Source of the DNA: an uncultured Desulfobacterales bacterium
GTDB taxonomy: Bacteria > Desulfobacterota > DSM-4660 > Desulfatiglandales > HGW-15
NCBI GenBank assembly: GCA_964647905.1
Contig: CAZYJR010000006.1
Span: 70,935 to 134,934, forward strand
Length of the DNA: 64,000 nt
Direction: 5' to 3'
The notes below the pieces were generated by a model. That model made no database searches. It had not been told where the DNA came from and saw nothing but the letters and a program-made list of their open reading frames with translations. The stretch's first letter is position 1; the number at the start of each line of letters is the position of its first letter. Positions 10,155 through 20,600 of the stretch are shown piece by piece. Made by a program: the position numbers and the translations under genes.

Positions 10155-10790
10155 TCAAGCGAAGACTGGCTCTTCGCTCATGCGCTGCTCCAGCCACGCC
10201 AGGACCTTTCGGAACTCGGAGCGCAGCTCGGCCATGGCCTTTCCCCTGTGGCTGACGCGGTTCTTTACCCCGGCCGGGAGCTCGGCGAATGTCCTTCCCA
10301 GGGGCGGGTAAAAGAAGACCGGGTCATACCCGAACCCCTCATCCCCCGAGGGCCGGAGGGCTATCTCCCCTTCGCAGCGCGCCTCGTACGTCAGGGCCGG
10401 CCCCCTGGGAACAGCGATGCTTATGTTGCAGACGAACTCCGCCCGTCGGTCGGCAACGCCCGACAGCTCCTCCAAGAGCTTCCGGATGTTGTCCTCGTCC
10501 CCGGCCCCGGGGCCGGCGTAGCGGGCCGAACGTATGCCCGGGGCCCCTCCCAGGGCCGAGACCACCAGGCCGGAGTCGTCCGCGAGCGCGGGCAGCCCCA
10601 GGGCCTTTGCCGTAAAAGAGGCCTTCTTGTAGGCGTTCTCCTCAAAGGTGGACCCGTCCTCCTCCACCTCGGGGATGGGGCCGAAGTCGTTCAAGCTGCG
10701 CAGCTCCACTCCGAAATCGCCAACAAGCTCGCGGAACTCCCGGATCTTTCCCGGATTGCGCGTGGCCAGCACGATGGTTCTCTCAAGCAT
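10155..10790 (-). CDS. rdgB: dITP/XTP pyrophosphatase RdgB (HAM1 family)
   Basis: Start set at ATG 10790 (MLERTIVLATRNPGKIREF). FGYDPVF and SHRGKA motifs are present. Confidence 0.85.
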   Translation of the reverse strand: MLERTIVLATRNPGKIREFRELVGDFGVELRSLNDFGPIPEVEEDGSTFEENAYKKASFTAKALGLPALADDSGLVVSALGGAPGIRSARYAGPGAGDEDNIRKLLEELSGVADRRAEFVCNISIAVPRGPALTYEARCEGEIALRPSGDEGFGYDPVFFYPPLGRTFAELPAGVKNRVSHRGKAMAELRSEFRKVLAWLEQRMSEEPVFA

Positions 10791-12300
10791 GGATCCTGAT
10801 CCTTTCCATCCCGTCCAGGTTCTCCTTGATCCGGGCCGCCTCATCCTCCCAGCCCGGTTTGCCGATCAGCGCGAACATGGCCGCCTTGTAGGCCTCCACA
10901 CCGGGCTGCAGAAAGGGGTTGTGGCCCAGGAGGAGGCCGCTCACTGCCACGGATTTTTCCATCATGTAGTAGACCTGGCCCAGGTTGTAGGCGTTGCGCC
11001 GGGGCACTTCAAGCATCATGTTGGGGACTCCGCCCAGGTGATGGGCATAGGCCGGGCCCTCCACCACCTTGCGGTTGACCGCGGCAAGGTCCATTCCCTT
11101 CTCGGCCAGGAAGTTCAACCCGTCCAGGTCCCCGGGGTCCCGGGGGATCTCCAGGCGGCTGTCGTGCTCGGCAAGCAGCAGGAAGGTCTCCAGGATGTTC
11201 CTCTCCCCCTGCTGGACCATCTGGCCGTTTGCGTGGAGCTTTTCCGAGTAAAGTGAGGGCGAGACCCAAAGGCCCCTGCCCCGGTGCCCCTCGCTCTCCG
11301 GGAAGAGCTGCTCCATCCACCTGGCCACATAGTAGAGGGCCAGGGAGTTCGCCGCCACCACCTCCACCTTCTTGCCCTTGGTCCAGGCCGCGTAACGGAC
11401 CGCAGCGTGGGCCAGGGCCGGGTTCTCCCAGAACACGTCCGAGAGGCAGATTCGCCTCATCCTCCTGAACCCGGCGGTGAACTCCTCGATGTCGATCCCG
11501 GCCATTGCCAGGCCGAAGAGCCCCACGTCCGAGAGGACGCTGAACCGACCCCCGATGTCAGCCGGCACCTCCAGTGTGCGGTAGCCCTCCTCGAGGGCGG
11601 TCTCCCTCAGGGCCCCGCGCTCGGGATCGGTGGTCACCACAATGCAGTCGCCCGCCTTGTCGCCGGCGCTCCTCTCCAGGATGCGCCTGATGATCCGGAA
11701 GGCTATGGCGGTCTCCGTGGTGGTCCCGGACTTGGATATCACGTTAACCCCGACCCTCTTGCCTTCCAGCATGTCCAGGGTGTCACGGAAGTAGTCCGGG
11801 TCCATGTTCTGACCCAGGAAGTAGATCTCCGGCGCGCCGCCCCGGTCGCCGCGGTCCAGCCGGTTGAAGTGGGTATGGGTCAGGGCCTTGAAAGCTGCCT
11901 CCAGGCCCAGGTAGGACCCTCCGATACCGATGGAGACGAACGCGTCGATCCGGGAGGAGAGATCGCCCGCCAGGGCCCGTATGCCCTCCAGCCGCTCCCG
12001 GTCCAGCTTCTCGGGCATGTCGTGCCACCCGGTCATGGGCACGCCCCGGTCTCGGATGTCCCCTTGCCCGCGCTCCAGGGCCCGCTTGACCTCGAGGGCC
12101 CTCGGGGCCAGCTCGGCCAGGTCCCCGCGCGTTATGGGGGCGCCGCCCGGTGCGTCGAACACATAGGTGAGATCCAGGATAAGGCGGTTGGCCTCTTGGA
12201 AGGCCTCGGTGTGGAAGGGGCTCCTCTCACCGGGGCCGCTCCTTCGCTGCCGATCGATGGTCCCGTTCGGGCCCACTGCCTCCAGTCTGAGTACGCTCAT
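10783..12300 (-). CDS. pgi: glucose-6-phosphate isomerase
   Basis: 505 aa. Motifs SIGIGGSYLG and DIGGRFSVLSDVGL are PGI signatures. Confidence 0.85.
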   Translation of the reverse strand: MSVLRLEAVGPNGTIDRQRRSGPGERSPFHTEAFQEANRLILDLTYVFDAPGGAPITRGDLAELAPRALEVKRALERGQGDIRDRGVPMTGWHDMPEKLDRERLEGIRALAGDLSSRIDAFVSIGIGGSYLGLEAAFKALTHTHFNRLDRGDRGGAPEIYFLGQNMDPDYFRDTLDMLEGKRVGVNVISKSGTTTETAIAFRIIRRILERSAGDKAGDCIVVTTDPERGALRETALEEGYRTLEVPADIGGRFSVLSDVGLFGLAMAGIDIEEFTAGFRRMRRICLSDVFWENPALAHAAVRYAAWTKGKKVEVVAANSLALYYVARWMEQLFPESEGHRGRGLWVSPSLYSEKLHANGQMVQQGERNILETFLLLAEHDSRLEIPRDPGDLDGLNFLAEKGMDLAAVNRKVVEGPAYAHHLGGVPNMMLEVPRRNAYNLGQVYYMMEKSVAVSGLLLGHNPFLQPGVEAYKAAMFALIGKPGWEDEAARIKENLDGMERIRIHA

Positions 12301-12457
12301 GGTCCGACCTCCCCCGCCGGCCCGGGCCGGCGCGATTATCGTGCAAAGCCCCTCTTGTAGTACAGGGGCGGCGGGATTTCAATCACCGAGGCTTTGCTTT
12401 CCGGGGAAGCTCGTGCTAATCTTCGCTACTGATTACAAGGGGCTTTCACCATCGCTT

Positions 12458-13279
12458 ATGACCAATTCGACCGGCCGGACACGGAATCAATCGGAACTGC
12501 GGGATGACCTGGAGAACAGGCTCGCCGAGCTCCAGAAGATGGAGGCGGTGGCCGCCCGGGTGGCCGGCATGGCCCACAACCTGAGCGGCCCGTTGAGCTC
12601 CATCAGGGGGACCGCCGAGCTGAGCGAGTCCCTGCTGCTGGAATCCGACCCGGCGGCCGCGGCCGGGCATGAGATCCGCTCCCTGCTCCTGGAGAACATG
12701 CGCCGGATCATTGAAAACGCCGACCACATAAAGGAGATAATAGACTCCATCCTGATCAGGATAAAGAGCGACCAAGTAAGTGCCCACCAGCCCCTGGACA
12801 TAAACCGGATCCTGGAGAACGAGCTGCGGATCCTGGAAAACGACCTCTTTTTCAAGCACCGGGTGGCAAAGGAGATACGCATGGATCCCGGGCTGCCCGA
12901 GTTCAACGGGGTCTACAGCGACATCTCCCAGTGCTTTGACAACCTGCTCAAGAACGCCTCGGAGGCCCTCAAGGGAGCGGAAAAACCGCGCTTGACCGTG
13001 GAGACCGGCCGCGGCCCAGGATGCATCGAGGTCTTGATCCGGGACAACGGGGGCGGCATACCCCCGGAGATCAGGGAGCGGATATTCGAGCCCTTCTTTT
13101 CCACCAAGCGCCTGGATACCGCCGGGGGCGGCATGAGCGGTTGCGGGCTGGGGCTCTATACGGTAAAGCGCATACTGGCCCCTTACGGGGCCGGGCTGGA
13201 GCTGCAAAGCGCCGGAGGGGAGACCGAGTTCAAGGTGCGTCTCCCCTTGGGAAAGCCGGACGACCGGGCCGGGGACTGA
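12458..13279 (+). CDS. cytoplasmic sensor histidine kinase (HisKA-like plus HATPase_c)
   Basis: Start moved to ATG 12458; the upstream part of the track ORF is antisense shadow over pgi. H-box MAHNLSGPLSSI, N-box NLLKNASEAL, G1 IRDNGGGIP, G2 GCGLGL. Confidence 0.75.
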   Translation: MTNSTGRTRNQSELRDDLENRLAELQKMEAVAARVAGMAHNLSGPLSSIRGTAELSESLLLESDPAAAAGHEIRSLLLENMRRIIENADHIKEIIDSILIRIKSDQVSAHQPLDINRILENELRILENDLFFKHRVAKEIRMDPGLPEFNGVYSDISQCFDNLLKNASEALKGAEKPRLTVETGRGPGCIEVLIRDNGGGIPPEIRERIFEPFFSTKRLDTAGGGMSGCGLGLYTVKRILAPYGAGLELQSAGGETEFKVRLPLGKPDDRAGD

Positions 13280-13335
13280 CTTGCGGCCGCCCTCCTCCCC
13301 CCGAGGGGACTTTCCGCGTACGGGAGGCAAGGACA

Positions 13336-13722
13336 ATGAAGGCGAAAGGGATTCTGGTGGTGGACGATGACAGCACGGTCCTTTCCATGATCTCGGGCTG
13401 GCTGAGCAAGTACGGCTACACCGTGTTCACCGCCGCCGACATCGGGGGGGCGCTCGAGCTCTATCAGCTGCATCCCGGCGAGATAGGCCTCCTGATGACC
13501 GATGTCAAGCTCCGCCACGAGAGCGGCTTCGAGCTCGCCGACTCGCTCGAGGAGGACTTCGGGTTCGGCGGATGCGTCTTTTTCACGTCGTTTTTCTGGG
13601 AGGCCGAGACAGCAAAGGAGCTCCTGAGGAGAGGCAAGCCGTACTTCGAGAAGCCCCTCAAGTTCAAGGACGAGATACTCCCCTTCCTGGAGCGCTACTT
13701 CGCCGGGGGCGGGGATGAATGA
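13336..13722 (+). CDS. single-domain response regulator
   Basis: ATG 13336 (MKAKGILVVDDDSTV..). LLMTDVKL phospho-Asp context and YFEKP conserved Lys. Confidence 0.7.
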   Translation: MKAKGILVVDDDSTVLSMISGWLSKYGYTVFTAADIGGALELYQLHPGEIGLLMTDVKLRHESGFELADSLEEDFGFGGCVFFTSFFWEAETAKELLRRGKPYFEKPLKFKDEILPFLERYFAGGGDE

Positions 13723-15118
13723 GGAGCCGAGGCAGCCGGGCCCGGATGCAGGGGATCCGGAAGGCGCGGTAAGGATCCTGCTGGTGGACGACGAGGAGGG
13801 GTTTCTGCGCTCGGCCGGGATCTATCTGGAGCGCCGCGGCCTGGACGTGACCTGCACGGGCGACCCCCTGGCCGCGCTCCAGCTCATCCGGGAGCACCCC
13901 TTCGACATCCTGGTGACCGACATCAAGATGCCCCGGCTGGACGGGATCTCCCTTGCCACCGAGGCCAGGGCGATACACCCGGAATTGAGCATAGTACTGA
14001 TCACCGCCTTCGGGTCCATGGAGGAGGCCATCCAGGCGGTAAGGATCCATGCCTTCGACTTCCTGCTCAAACCCCTGGAGCTCCAGCACCTCCACCGGGT
14101 GATAAGAAAGATCGCCCGGGGCAAGGCCCTTCTCCGGGAGAACCTCCTGCTCAAGAGGGAGCTCAGGGAGCGGGGCTACATGGGGGAGTTCGTGGGAATC
14201 AGCCGGCCGGTGCAGGAGATATACGAGACCATACAAAAGATCAGCCACAGGGACACGCCGGTCTCCATAGAGGGGGAGTCCGGGACCGGCAAGGGGCTCC
14301 TGGCAAGGACCATACACAAGTACAGCCCCAGGAAGACCGAGCCTTTCGTGGAGGTGAACCTGGGGGCCATAGTGCCCCAGCTCATGGGGAGCGAGCTCTT
14401 CGGCCACGTCAAGGGGGCCTTTACCGGCGCCATCCGGGACAACCTGGGGATAATCCTCTCGGCCCACGGGGGCACGCTTTTCCTGGACGAGATAGCCGAG
14501 ATCGCCCCCGAGCTCCAGGTCAAGCTCCTGCGGGTGTTCCAGGACAAGGTGGTAAGACCGGTGGGCGGCAAGAGGGAGGTCCCGGCCGATGTAAGGATCA
14601 TCACCGCCACCAACAGGCCGCTCAAACAGGCGGTGGAGCAGGGGGACCTGAGGGAGGATTTCTACTACAGGATCCGGGTCCTTCCCATACGGATACCGCC
14701 CCTGAGGGAGCGCAAAGAGGACGTGCCCGTGCTGGTGGGACACATCCTCAGGCGGCTCCACCGGGAGGGCAAGTCCCGCATACAGGCCGTATCTCCCGGG
14801 GCGATGAACCTGCTCCTGTCATACGACTGGCCCGGCAACGTGCGGGAGCTGGAAAACCTCCTGGAGCGCTGCGCGGCCACCGCCCCGGGCGAACGGATCG
14901 AGCCCCGGGATCTGCCCGCCGAGCCCCTGGACTCGGTCCGCCCGGGCCCCCGGGACGAGGCACCCCTGAAACTGGCGGAGCTCGAGCTGGAGGCGCTCAA
15001 GCGGGCCCTGGCCAGGACCGGGGGCAACAAGAAGCGCGCAGCCGAGCTCTTGGGCATCGACAAGTCCACCCTCCACAGAAAGCTACGCCGCTACGGCCTC
15101 TCCGGGGGGCCGGGATGA
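13715..15118 (+). CDS. sigma-54-dependent response regulator (NtrC family: REC, AAA+ and Fis-type HTH)
   Basis: 467 aa. ILLVDDEE, Walker A GESGTGKG, the GAFTGA loop (HVKGAFTGA), and a C-terminal HTH KKRAAELLGIDKSTLHRKL. Confidence 0.9.
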   Translation: MNEEPRQPGPDAGDPEGAVRILLVDDEEGFLRSAGIYLERRGLDVTCTGDPLAALQLIREHPFDILVTDIKMPRLDGISLATEARAIHPELSIVLITAFGSMEEAIQAVRIHAFDFLLKPLELQHLHRVIRKIARGKALLRENLLLKRELRERGYMGEFVGISRPVQEIYETIQKISHRDTPVSIEGESGTGKGLLARTIHKYSPRKTEPFVEVNLGAIVPQLMGSELFGHVKGAFTGAIRDNLGIILSAHGGTLFLDEIAEIAPELQVKLLRVFQDKVVRPVGGKREVPADVRIITATNRPLKQAVEQGDLREDFYYRIRVLPIRIPPLRERKEDVPVLVGHILRRLHREGKSRIQAVSPGAMNLLLSYDWPGNVRELENLLERCAATAPGERIEPRDLPAEPLDSVRPGPRDEAPLKLAELELEALKRALARTGGNKKRAAELLGIDKSTLHRKLRRYGLSGGPG

Positions 15119-15124
15119 GAAGCC

Positions 15125-15151
15125 CATACAGTGGCGAATCGCCACTGTATG
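15125..15151. promoter_or_regulatory. 27-bp perfect palindrome (12-bp arms, 3-nt centre) between the NtrC-like gene and the pilin operon
   Basis: CATACAGTGGCG-AAT-CGCCACTGTATG lies 7 nt after the stop of the activator gene. It could be a terminator hairpin or a dimeric regulator site. No T-tract follows. Confidence 0.5.
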
Positions 15152-15417
15152 GCATTATGCATCTCACATCCAACCCGCCGATATCTCTTGCCCTTGCACT
15201 CGAGAGAGTTGCATTTTGCGCCCCCCCCAGGGGGCGCGCTTTCCCGCACCGACACCCCCACTGACATAACAGTCTGTTTTAACTGAGCTAAATCCTCCGG
15301 CCCCGGTCAGGCACAAATCTTGATTAGTCTGGTAGGAAAACCCACGCCCCTGGCCGGCACCGGGGGAGATCGAGGCAACCGGCATTGAAAGAAGAGGATT
15401 ATAAGGCGACAAGATCC

Positions 15418-15876
15418 ATGCGCGGGTTCACCCTGACCGAGCTGATCGTGGTGGTGGCGGTGGTGGCCTTCCTGGCCGTACTGGCTGTGCCGGTTTTCTC
15501 GGTATGGCTTCCCGGCTACAAGCTCAAGAGCGTGGCCCAGGACCTCTACTCCAACATGCAGGCGGCCAAGCTGAGGGCCATAAAGGAGAGCGTCACCTCG
15601 GGCGTAAGCTTTTATGCGGAGCCGGACCGCTACGTCTTCAGCCTTTCCGGAGTCACCCGCACCGTGACGCTCGCGGATTACGGCTACGGGGTGAACTTCG
15701 ACGGCCCTTCGGGCGAGACCTTTGACACCGCCTATCTGAGCTTCGATCCCAGGGGGTTCAGCAGCGGGGCGAACGCGTATCTTTCCAACGCCGGGGAGAC
15801 CGCCTATTACAGGGTGGGGGCCCTCGGCACGGGGGCGGTGCGGCTGCAGAAGTGGGAAGGAGGGGCATGGCAGTGA
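15418..15876 (+). CDS. type IV minor pilin, GspH/FimT-like (prepilin N-terminus)
   Basis: MRGFTLTELIVVVAVVAFLAVLAVP is a class III signal (G/F cleavage, Glu+5). Start set at ATG 15418. Confidence 0.75.
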   Translation: MRGFTLTELIVVVAVVAFLAVLAVPVFSVWLPGYKLKSVAQDLYSNMQAAKLRAIKESVTSGVSFYAEPDRYVFSLSGVTRTVTLADYGYGVNFDGPSGETFDTAYLSFDPRGFSSGANAYLSNAGETAYYRVGALGTGAVRLQKWEGGAWQ

Positions 15877-16532
15877 TGAAGGGGTCCCAAGGCTTTACCA
15901 TCGTGGAGCTCCTGGTCTCCCTGGCCATTGCCGGGGTGGTGAGCGCGGGGATCTATATGACGTTCTACTCCCAGCAGAAATCATACGTGACCCAGACCGC
16001 GGTGGCCGCCATGCAGCAGAACTTGAGAGCGGCCATGCACCTGCTCGAGCACGACATCAGGATGGCGGGGTATGACCCGGAAGGGACGGCCGGGGCGGGC
16101 ATCCTCTCGGCTTCGACCGCATCCGCCCGGGTGAGCATGGATATCACCGACGACGCCGGCACAGGGGAGCCGGACGGCGACACGGACGACGCGGGCGAAG
16201 ACGTGACATACTACCTCTATGACGCGGACGGCGACGGCGGCTCGGACCTAGGCAGGCAGACCTCCGCAGGAGTCGCGATGGCGGCGGAGAACTTAGACGC
16301 CCTGGACTTCGTGTACCTGGATTCGGACGGGGCTGTCACCACGACCCCGGCCGAGATAAGGTCGGTCCAGGTAAGCGTGGTTGCCAGGATCGGGAGGCCT
16401 GATCCTGGATACACGAACTCGGATTCATACCGGAATCAACAGGGGACCGTGATCTACACGGCCCCCGGGGACGGCTTCCGCCGCGGGCTCCTGACCGCCC
16501 AGGTCAAGTGCCGAAACCTGGGCCTGGAGTAA
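15876..16532 (+). CDS. pilW: type IV minor pilin PilW-like
   Basis: MKGSQGFTIVELLVSLAIAGVV prepilin N-terminus. Its ATG overlaps the previous stop (TGATG). Confidence 0.75.
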   Translation: MKGSQGFTIVELLVSLAIAGVVSAGIYMTFYSQQKSYVTQTAVAAMQQNLRAAMHLLEHDIRMAGYDPEGTAGAGILSASTASARVSMDITDDAGTGEPDGDTDDAGEDVTYYLYDADGDGGSDLGRQTSAGVAMAAENLDALDFVYLDSDGAVTTTPAEIRSVQVSVVARIGRPDPGYTNSDSYRNQQGTVIYTAPGDGFRRGLLTAQVKCRNLGLE

Positions 16533-16561
16533 GGAGCGGTTAAGCGGGCAAGGAGCAAGGA

Positions 16562-17026
16562 ATGAAGATCGACCCCGAATCAATGAGCCCCACCAACCGG
16601 GCAGGCGGCCAGGCTGGCTTCACCCTGCTGGAGGTGATACTGGCCATCGCCGTATTGAGCTTCGGGCTCTTGGCCGTCGCCACCATGCAGGTCTCAGGGA
16701 TCCGAGGCAACGCCTTTGCCGGGGACGTCACCCAGGGGGTGACCTGGGCCGGGGATATCGCGGAGAAGCTCCTCCAAAAAGGCCTTCAGGACTACAACGA
16801 CCCGGACCTACTGGACTCGGACGGCGACGGGGTCTCGGGCCTTGATCACGACTCCCAGGCGGATGCGGATCACGCCGAGACCCACGGCAGGTACCAAGTT
16901 TACTGGAACGTGGCCGAGGATCATCTCCTGGAAGGGACCAAGACGGTCCAGGTCATAGTGACGTGGGACCACCACGGGACGGCCAGGACGGTGACCACCC
17001 GAAGCGTCATACCGGAGATCGTCTGA
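16562..17026 (+). CDS. pilV: type IV pilus modification protein PilV-like minor pilin
   Basis: GFTLLEVILAIAVLSFGLLAVATMQ is typical of PilV. Confidence 0.75.
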   Translation: MKIDPESMSPTNRAGGQAGFTLLEVILAIAVLSFGLLAVATMQVSGIRGNAFAGDVTQGVTWAGDIAEKLLQKGLQDYNDPDLLDSDGDGVSGLDHDSQADADHAETHGRYQVYWNVAEDHLLEGTKTVQVIVTWDHHGTARTVTTRSVIPEIV

Positions 17027-17607
17027 TGAACGGGCAAGGACAAAAATCCTTTGATCACGGCCCGGGCGGGACCGGGGAGAGCGGCGCTGTCATGGTGATA
17101 GCGCTGATCATGCTGGTCCTCCTCACCCTGATCGGCATATCCGCCACGACCACCTCGGAGATCGAGATACAGGTGGCCGGGAGCCAGAAGGCCTTCAACA
17201 CGGCCTTTTACAACGCTGACAGCGGGGTCTACTCCACCCCCAAGGTGATATCCCGGGCGGTGGACCAGGGCGAGCAGCCGGATCTCTCCCAAATGACCTA
17301 CCTGGACAGCGGCACCAGCGACTTTTATCGCGAGATCATGGGCTACAAGGCCCATGACGAGGAGCGGGACCTGAGGTTCGCCCTGGGGGGGCACAACGTG
17401 GATATGGACGTGGAGCGAACCGGACAGCGGAGCCTGGCCGGCGGAGGCGTGGAGTTCGCAAGCGGCGCCGAGGGCGTGGGCGCCGGGGCCTCCGGGGGCG
17501 TGGCTGTACTCTACACCATCGACTCCCTGGGCGAGGGACCGAACTCGGCCCGATCAAACCTGGAGGGGGTCTACCGCAAGGTACTGGGAGTGGCGGGAGG
17601 TCTTTGA
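17026..17607 (+). CDS. pilX: PilX-like minor pilin / pilus assembly protein
   Basis: ATG 17026 overlaps the pilV stop. Hydrophobic N-terminus GAVMVIALIMLVLLTLIGISA, followed by EIEIQVAG..AFYNADSG as in the PilX N-terminal domain. Confidence 0.65.
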   Translation: MNGQGQKSFDHGPGGTGESGAVMVIALIMLVLLTLIGISATTTSEIEIQVAGSQKAFNTAFYNADSGVYSTPKVISRAVDQGEQPDLSQMTYLDSGTSDFYREIMGYKAHDEERDLRFALGGHNVDMDVERTGQRSLAGGGVEFASGAEGVGAGASGGVAVLYTIDSLGEGPNSARSNLEGVYRKVLGVAGGL

Positions 17608-17609
17608 GC

Positions 17610-20600
17610 ATGGAGCTATTGAAGCGTCTGGCGATGGTAATCCTGATTGCGGGCGGGCTGGTCCAGGCCCTTGAAGGGGCGGCCGCCGGGGCGTGCACCG
17701 AGCCCGTAATGGCCGACTACACGACCTACCCGGTTTTCCAGGCAAACGCCGTGGAGCCGAACATCCTGATCCTCCTGGACAACTCGGGCAGCATGAACGG
17801 CGCGGCCTACACCGAGGCCTATGATCACTCCACCAGGTATTACGGTTACTTCGAGCCATACAAGCGATACACCTACAGCTCCAATGTCTTCTACAGGGAT
17901 GAGAACGGGGACTGGGACGGGAACTTCCTCAACTGGGCCACCATGCGCAGGGTGGACGTGATCCGCAAGGTCCTCATGGGAGGCCTGGCCACCTCGCGTA
18001 CCGGCGGGGGGAACCAGACCAACTACGGCGAGTCCGCAGGCTCGAGCTACAGCTATTACCAGTATTACGGCCAGTTGACCGACACGGCCCAGGTACCGGC
18101 GTCGGTCTCGCCCTGCCCCGCGGGGAAGTACTTCTATTTCTACTTGAGCGGGGGCAATTTCCGGTTCAGGTACTGGGACGGGAGCTCCTGGCGGGACGTG
18201 GGAGAGGCCTCCTATTACATACGGGTCAAGAAGGGGGAAGATATCGATGGAAACGACCTTCCCGACGAGGACCACAACTTCCTGGACGGCAACCTGGCGG
18301 GCATCATGCAAAGGCTCTGGGAGCGGGCCAGGTTCGGCCTGGAGGTATTCAACACGGGGAGCGACGACAAGAAGTTCCAGAACGGGGGCCTGATCCCCAG
18401 GGTCATAGGCTCGAGCATGACCGACATGATAAACAACATCCAGAACATGGCCTGCGACACATGGACGCCGCTTGCCGAGGCCTATTATACGGCCATTAAA
18501 TACTTCAAGCAGGAGGACGTGGAGTCTGAGCTGGACTACGCCAACAACGTGATCCCCAACAACACCGCGGCCGAAGACCCTTACAACAACCCGGACCCGG
18601 TCCACTGCGCCAAGAGCTTCGTGCTGCTCCTCACCGACGGCGCGTCCACCAAGGACCTATATATCCCGGACGAGCTCAAGGACTATGACGGGGACGGAAA
18701 CGACGGGATCACCACGGTGGACTCGGGGACCACCAACGACGGCCGCCTGGAGGCGCAGGCAGGGAGCGACACGGACAAGACCTTCTACCTCAACTACATA
18801 GAAGGCTACGCGGCCGGAGTGACCCCTTACCCCTCGGGGACCACGCCTTTCAACGACGAGTATATCGGAAAGCGCCTGGTGCTCTTCGATTCCCAGGACA
18901 ATCAGATCTACTCGGCCGAGATCACCGCAGTCAACTACTATGACTCCACTTCCGGGACCAGCGAGATGGTCGTCTCCGGCACCACCGAGACGCCCGAGTG
19001 GAGGAGCGGGGCCTCCCCATATACCTACGATTTCCAGTGGAAGGTGGTTCAGACCGCGCCAAACAGCGAAGGAGGGATCACGGCGGGATCGGACTACCTG
19101 GACGACCTGGCCCTTTACGCCAGGATAAACGACTTGAGGGACGACCTTTACGGCGACCAAAACCTCCTTCTCTATGACGTATACGCGTTCGGGAGCGACG
19201 CATCGGCCAGGAACCTCCTCAAGGACGCGGCCAAGAACGGCGGATTCGAGGACAAGGACGGAGACCGGAGGCCCGACCTGGACGTGGAATGGGACGCGGA
19301 CGGAGACGGGGTGCCCGACACCTACTACGAGGCCTCGGACGGGTACCAACTGGAGTCCCAGCTCTTGAGGGCCATAAACGACATACTCAAGCGCGCGGCA
19401 TCCGGGACCGCGGTCTCGGTGCTCGCCACCTCGGGGGAAGGCGAAGGCAACCTGGTCCAGGCCTACTTCAGGCCCAGCGTCACCAGCGGGGTGACCGAGG
19501 TGACCTGGGTGGGATACCTCCAGAGCCTCTGGGCGGACCAGTACGGCAACCTCCGCGAGGACACGGACGGCGACCTGGCCCTGGATGTGACCGCGGACAG
19601 AATAATCAAGTACTTCCACGACTCCCAGGACGGGGACTCAAAGATCCGCAGGTTCGAGGTGAGCGGGGCATCCCCGTACCCGGACACGGATACCGCACCC
19701 TACGAGGTGATAGAGTTGGAGGAGGCCGAGCCCTTGTGGGAGGCCGGGAGCCTGCTGGCCGACAGGAGTGCGGATGACAGAGAGATATTCACCTACGCGG
19801 ACATGGACCGGGACGGCGTGGTCGACGACCCCGGAGGAGACCCGTTCGACGACCTGGGCGAGGCTGTCAGGTTCCATGCCTCCGGTGCCACGGAGGTGCT
19901 CAAGCCCTACTTCGGCATACGGGACGATGATTCTTGGGACTACCTGGGAGCGACGCAGGACGACCGGGTGCACAACCTCATAGAATACGTACGGGGGAAG
20001 GAAAGCGGGTTCTCCGGGACCACCCCCATGGCGGTGCGCTCCAGGGTGTTGGACGGCAAGGTCTGGAAGCTCGGCGACATAGTGCACTCCACCCCGGTGA
20101 GCATATCAAAACCGCCGGAGAACTATCACGCCATCTACAGCGACCAGTCCTACCAGGACTACTACGACGCCTACAAGGACCGGGAGACCGTCGTGTACGT
20201 GGGCGCCAACGACGGCATGCTCCACGCCTTCACCTCGTGGCAATACAGCGGCGTGTCCAAGCAGTATGAAACGCCCTCAGGGGCGGGTGCAGGGGAGCGG
20301 ATAGGCGACGAGATATGGGCCTACATCCCGCAGAGGGTGCTCCCCCACCTCAAGTGGCTCCCGTATACCGACTATACGCACACGTATTACGTGGACCTCA
20401 AGCCCAAGGTGTTCGACGCCAAGATATTCCCGGACGACACCCATTATACGGACGGCGACGCGGACCCCAACTGGGGCACCATACTCCTCCTGGGCCTCAA
20501 CATGGGCGGGAAGGAAATCTGCTCGGAGGACTGGTTCGACGACGGCACCGGGACCACGGTATACGAGACCAGGACCTTCCGCCCGAGCTATGCGGCGCTG

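Noticed and set aside
11284-12360. 358-aa plus-strand ORF over pgi, and the 5' part of the 12167..13279 ORF
   Set aside because: It is antisense to pgi. The histidine kinase homology begins only at Met 12458.
13664-14761. 365-aa minus-strand ORF
   Set aside because: It is antisense to the sigma-54 activator, which contains Walker A and GAFTGA motifs.
15119-15417. Sigma-54 promoter for the pilin operon
   Set aside because: The candidates have the wrong GG-to-GC spacing or lack the GG element. These are TGGCATTATGCAT at 15150-15162, and TTGCAC (15195-15200) with TTGCA (15210-15214).
17616-19619. 329-aa and 320-aa minus-strand ORFs within pilY1
   Set aside because: They are antisense shadows. 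The plus frame carries the vWA and PilY1 hallmarks.
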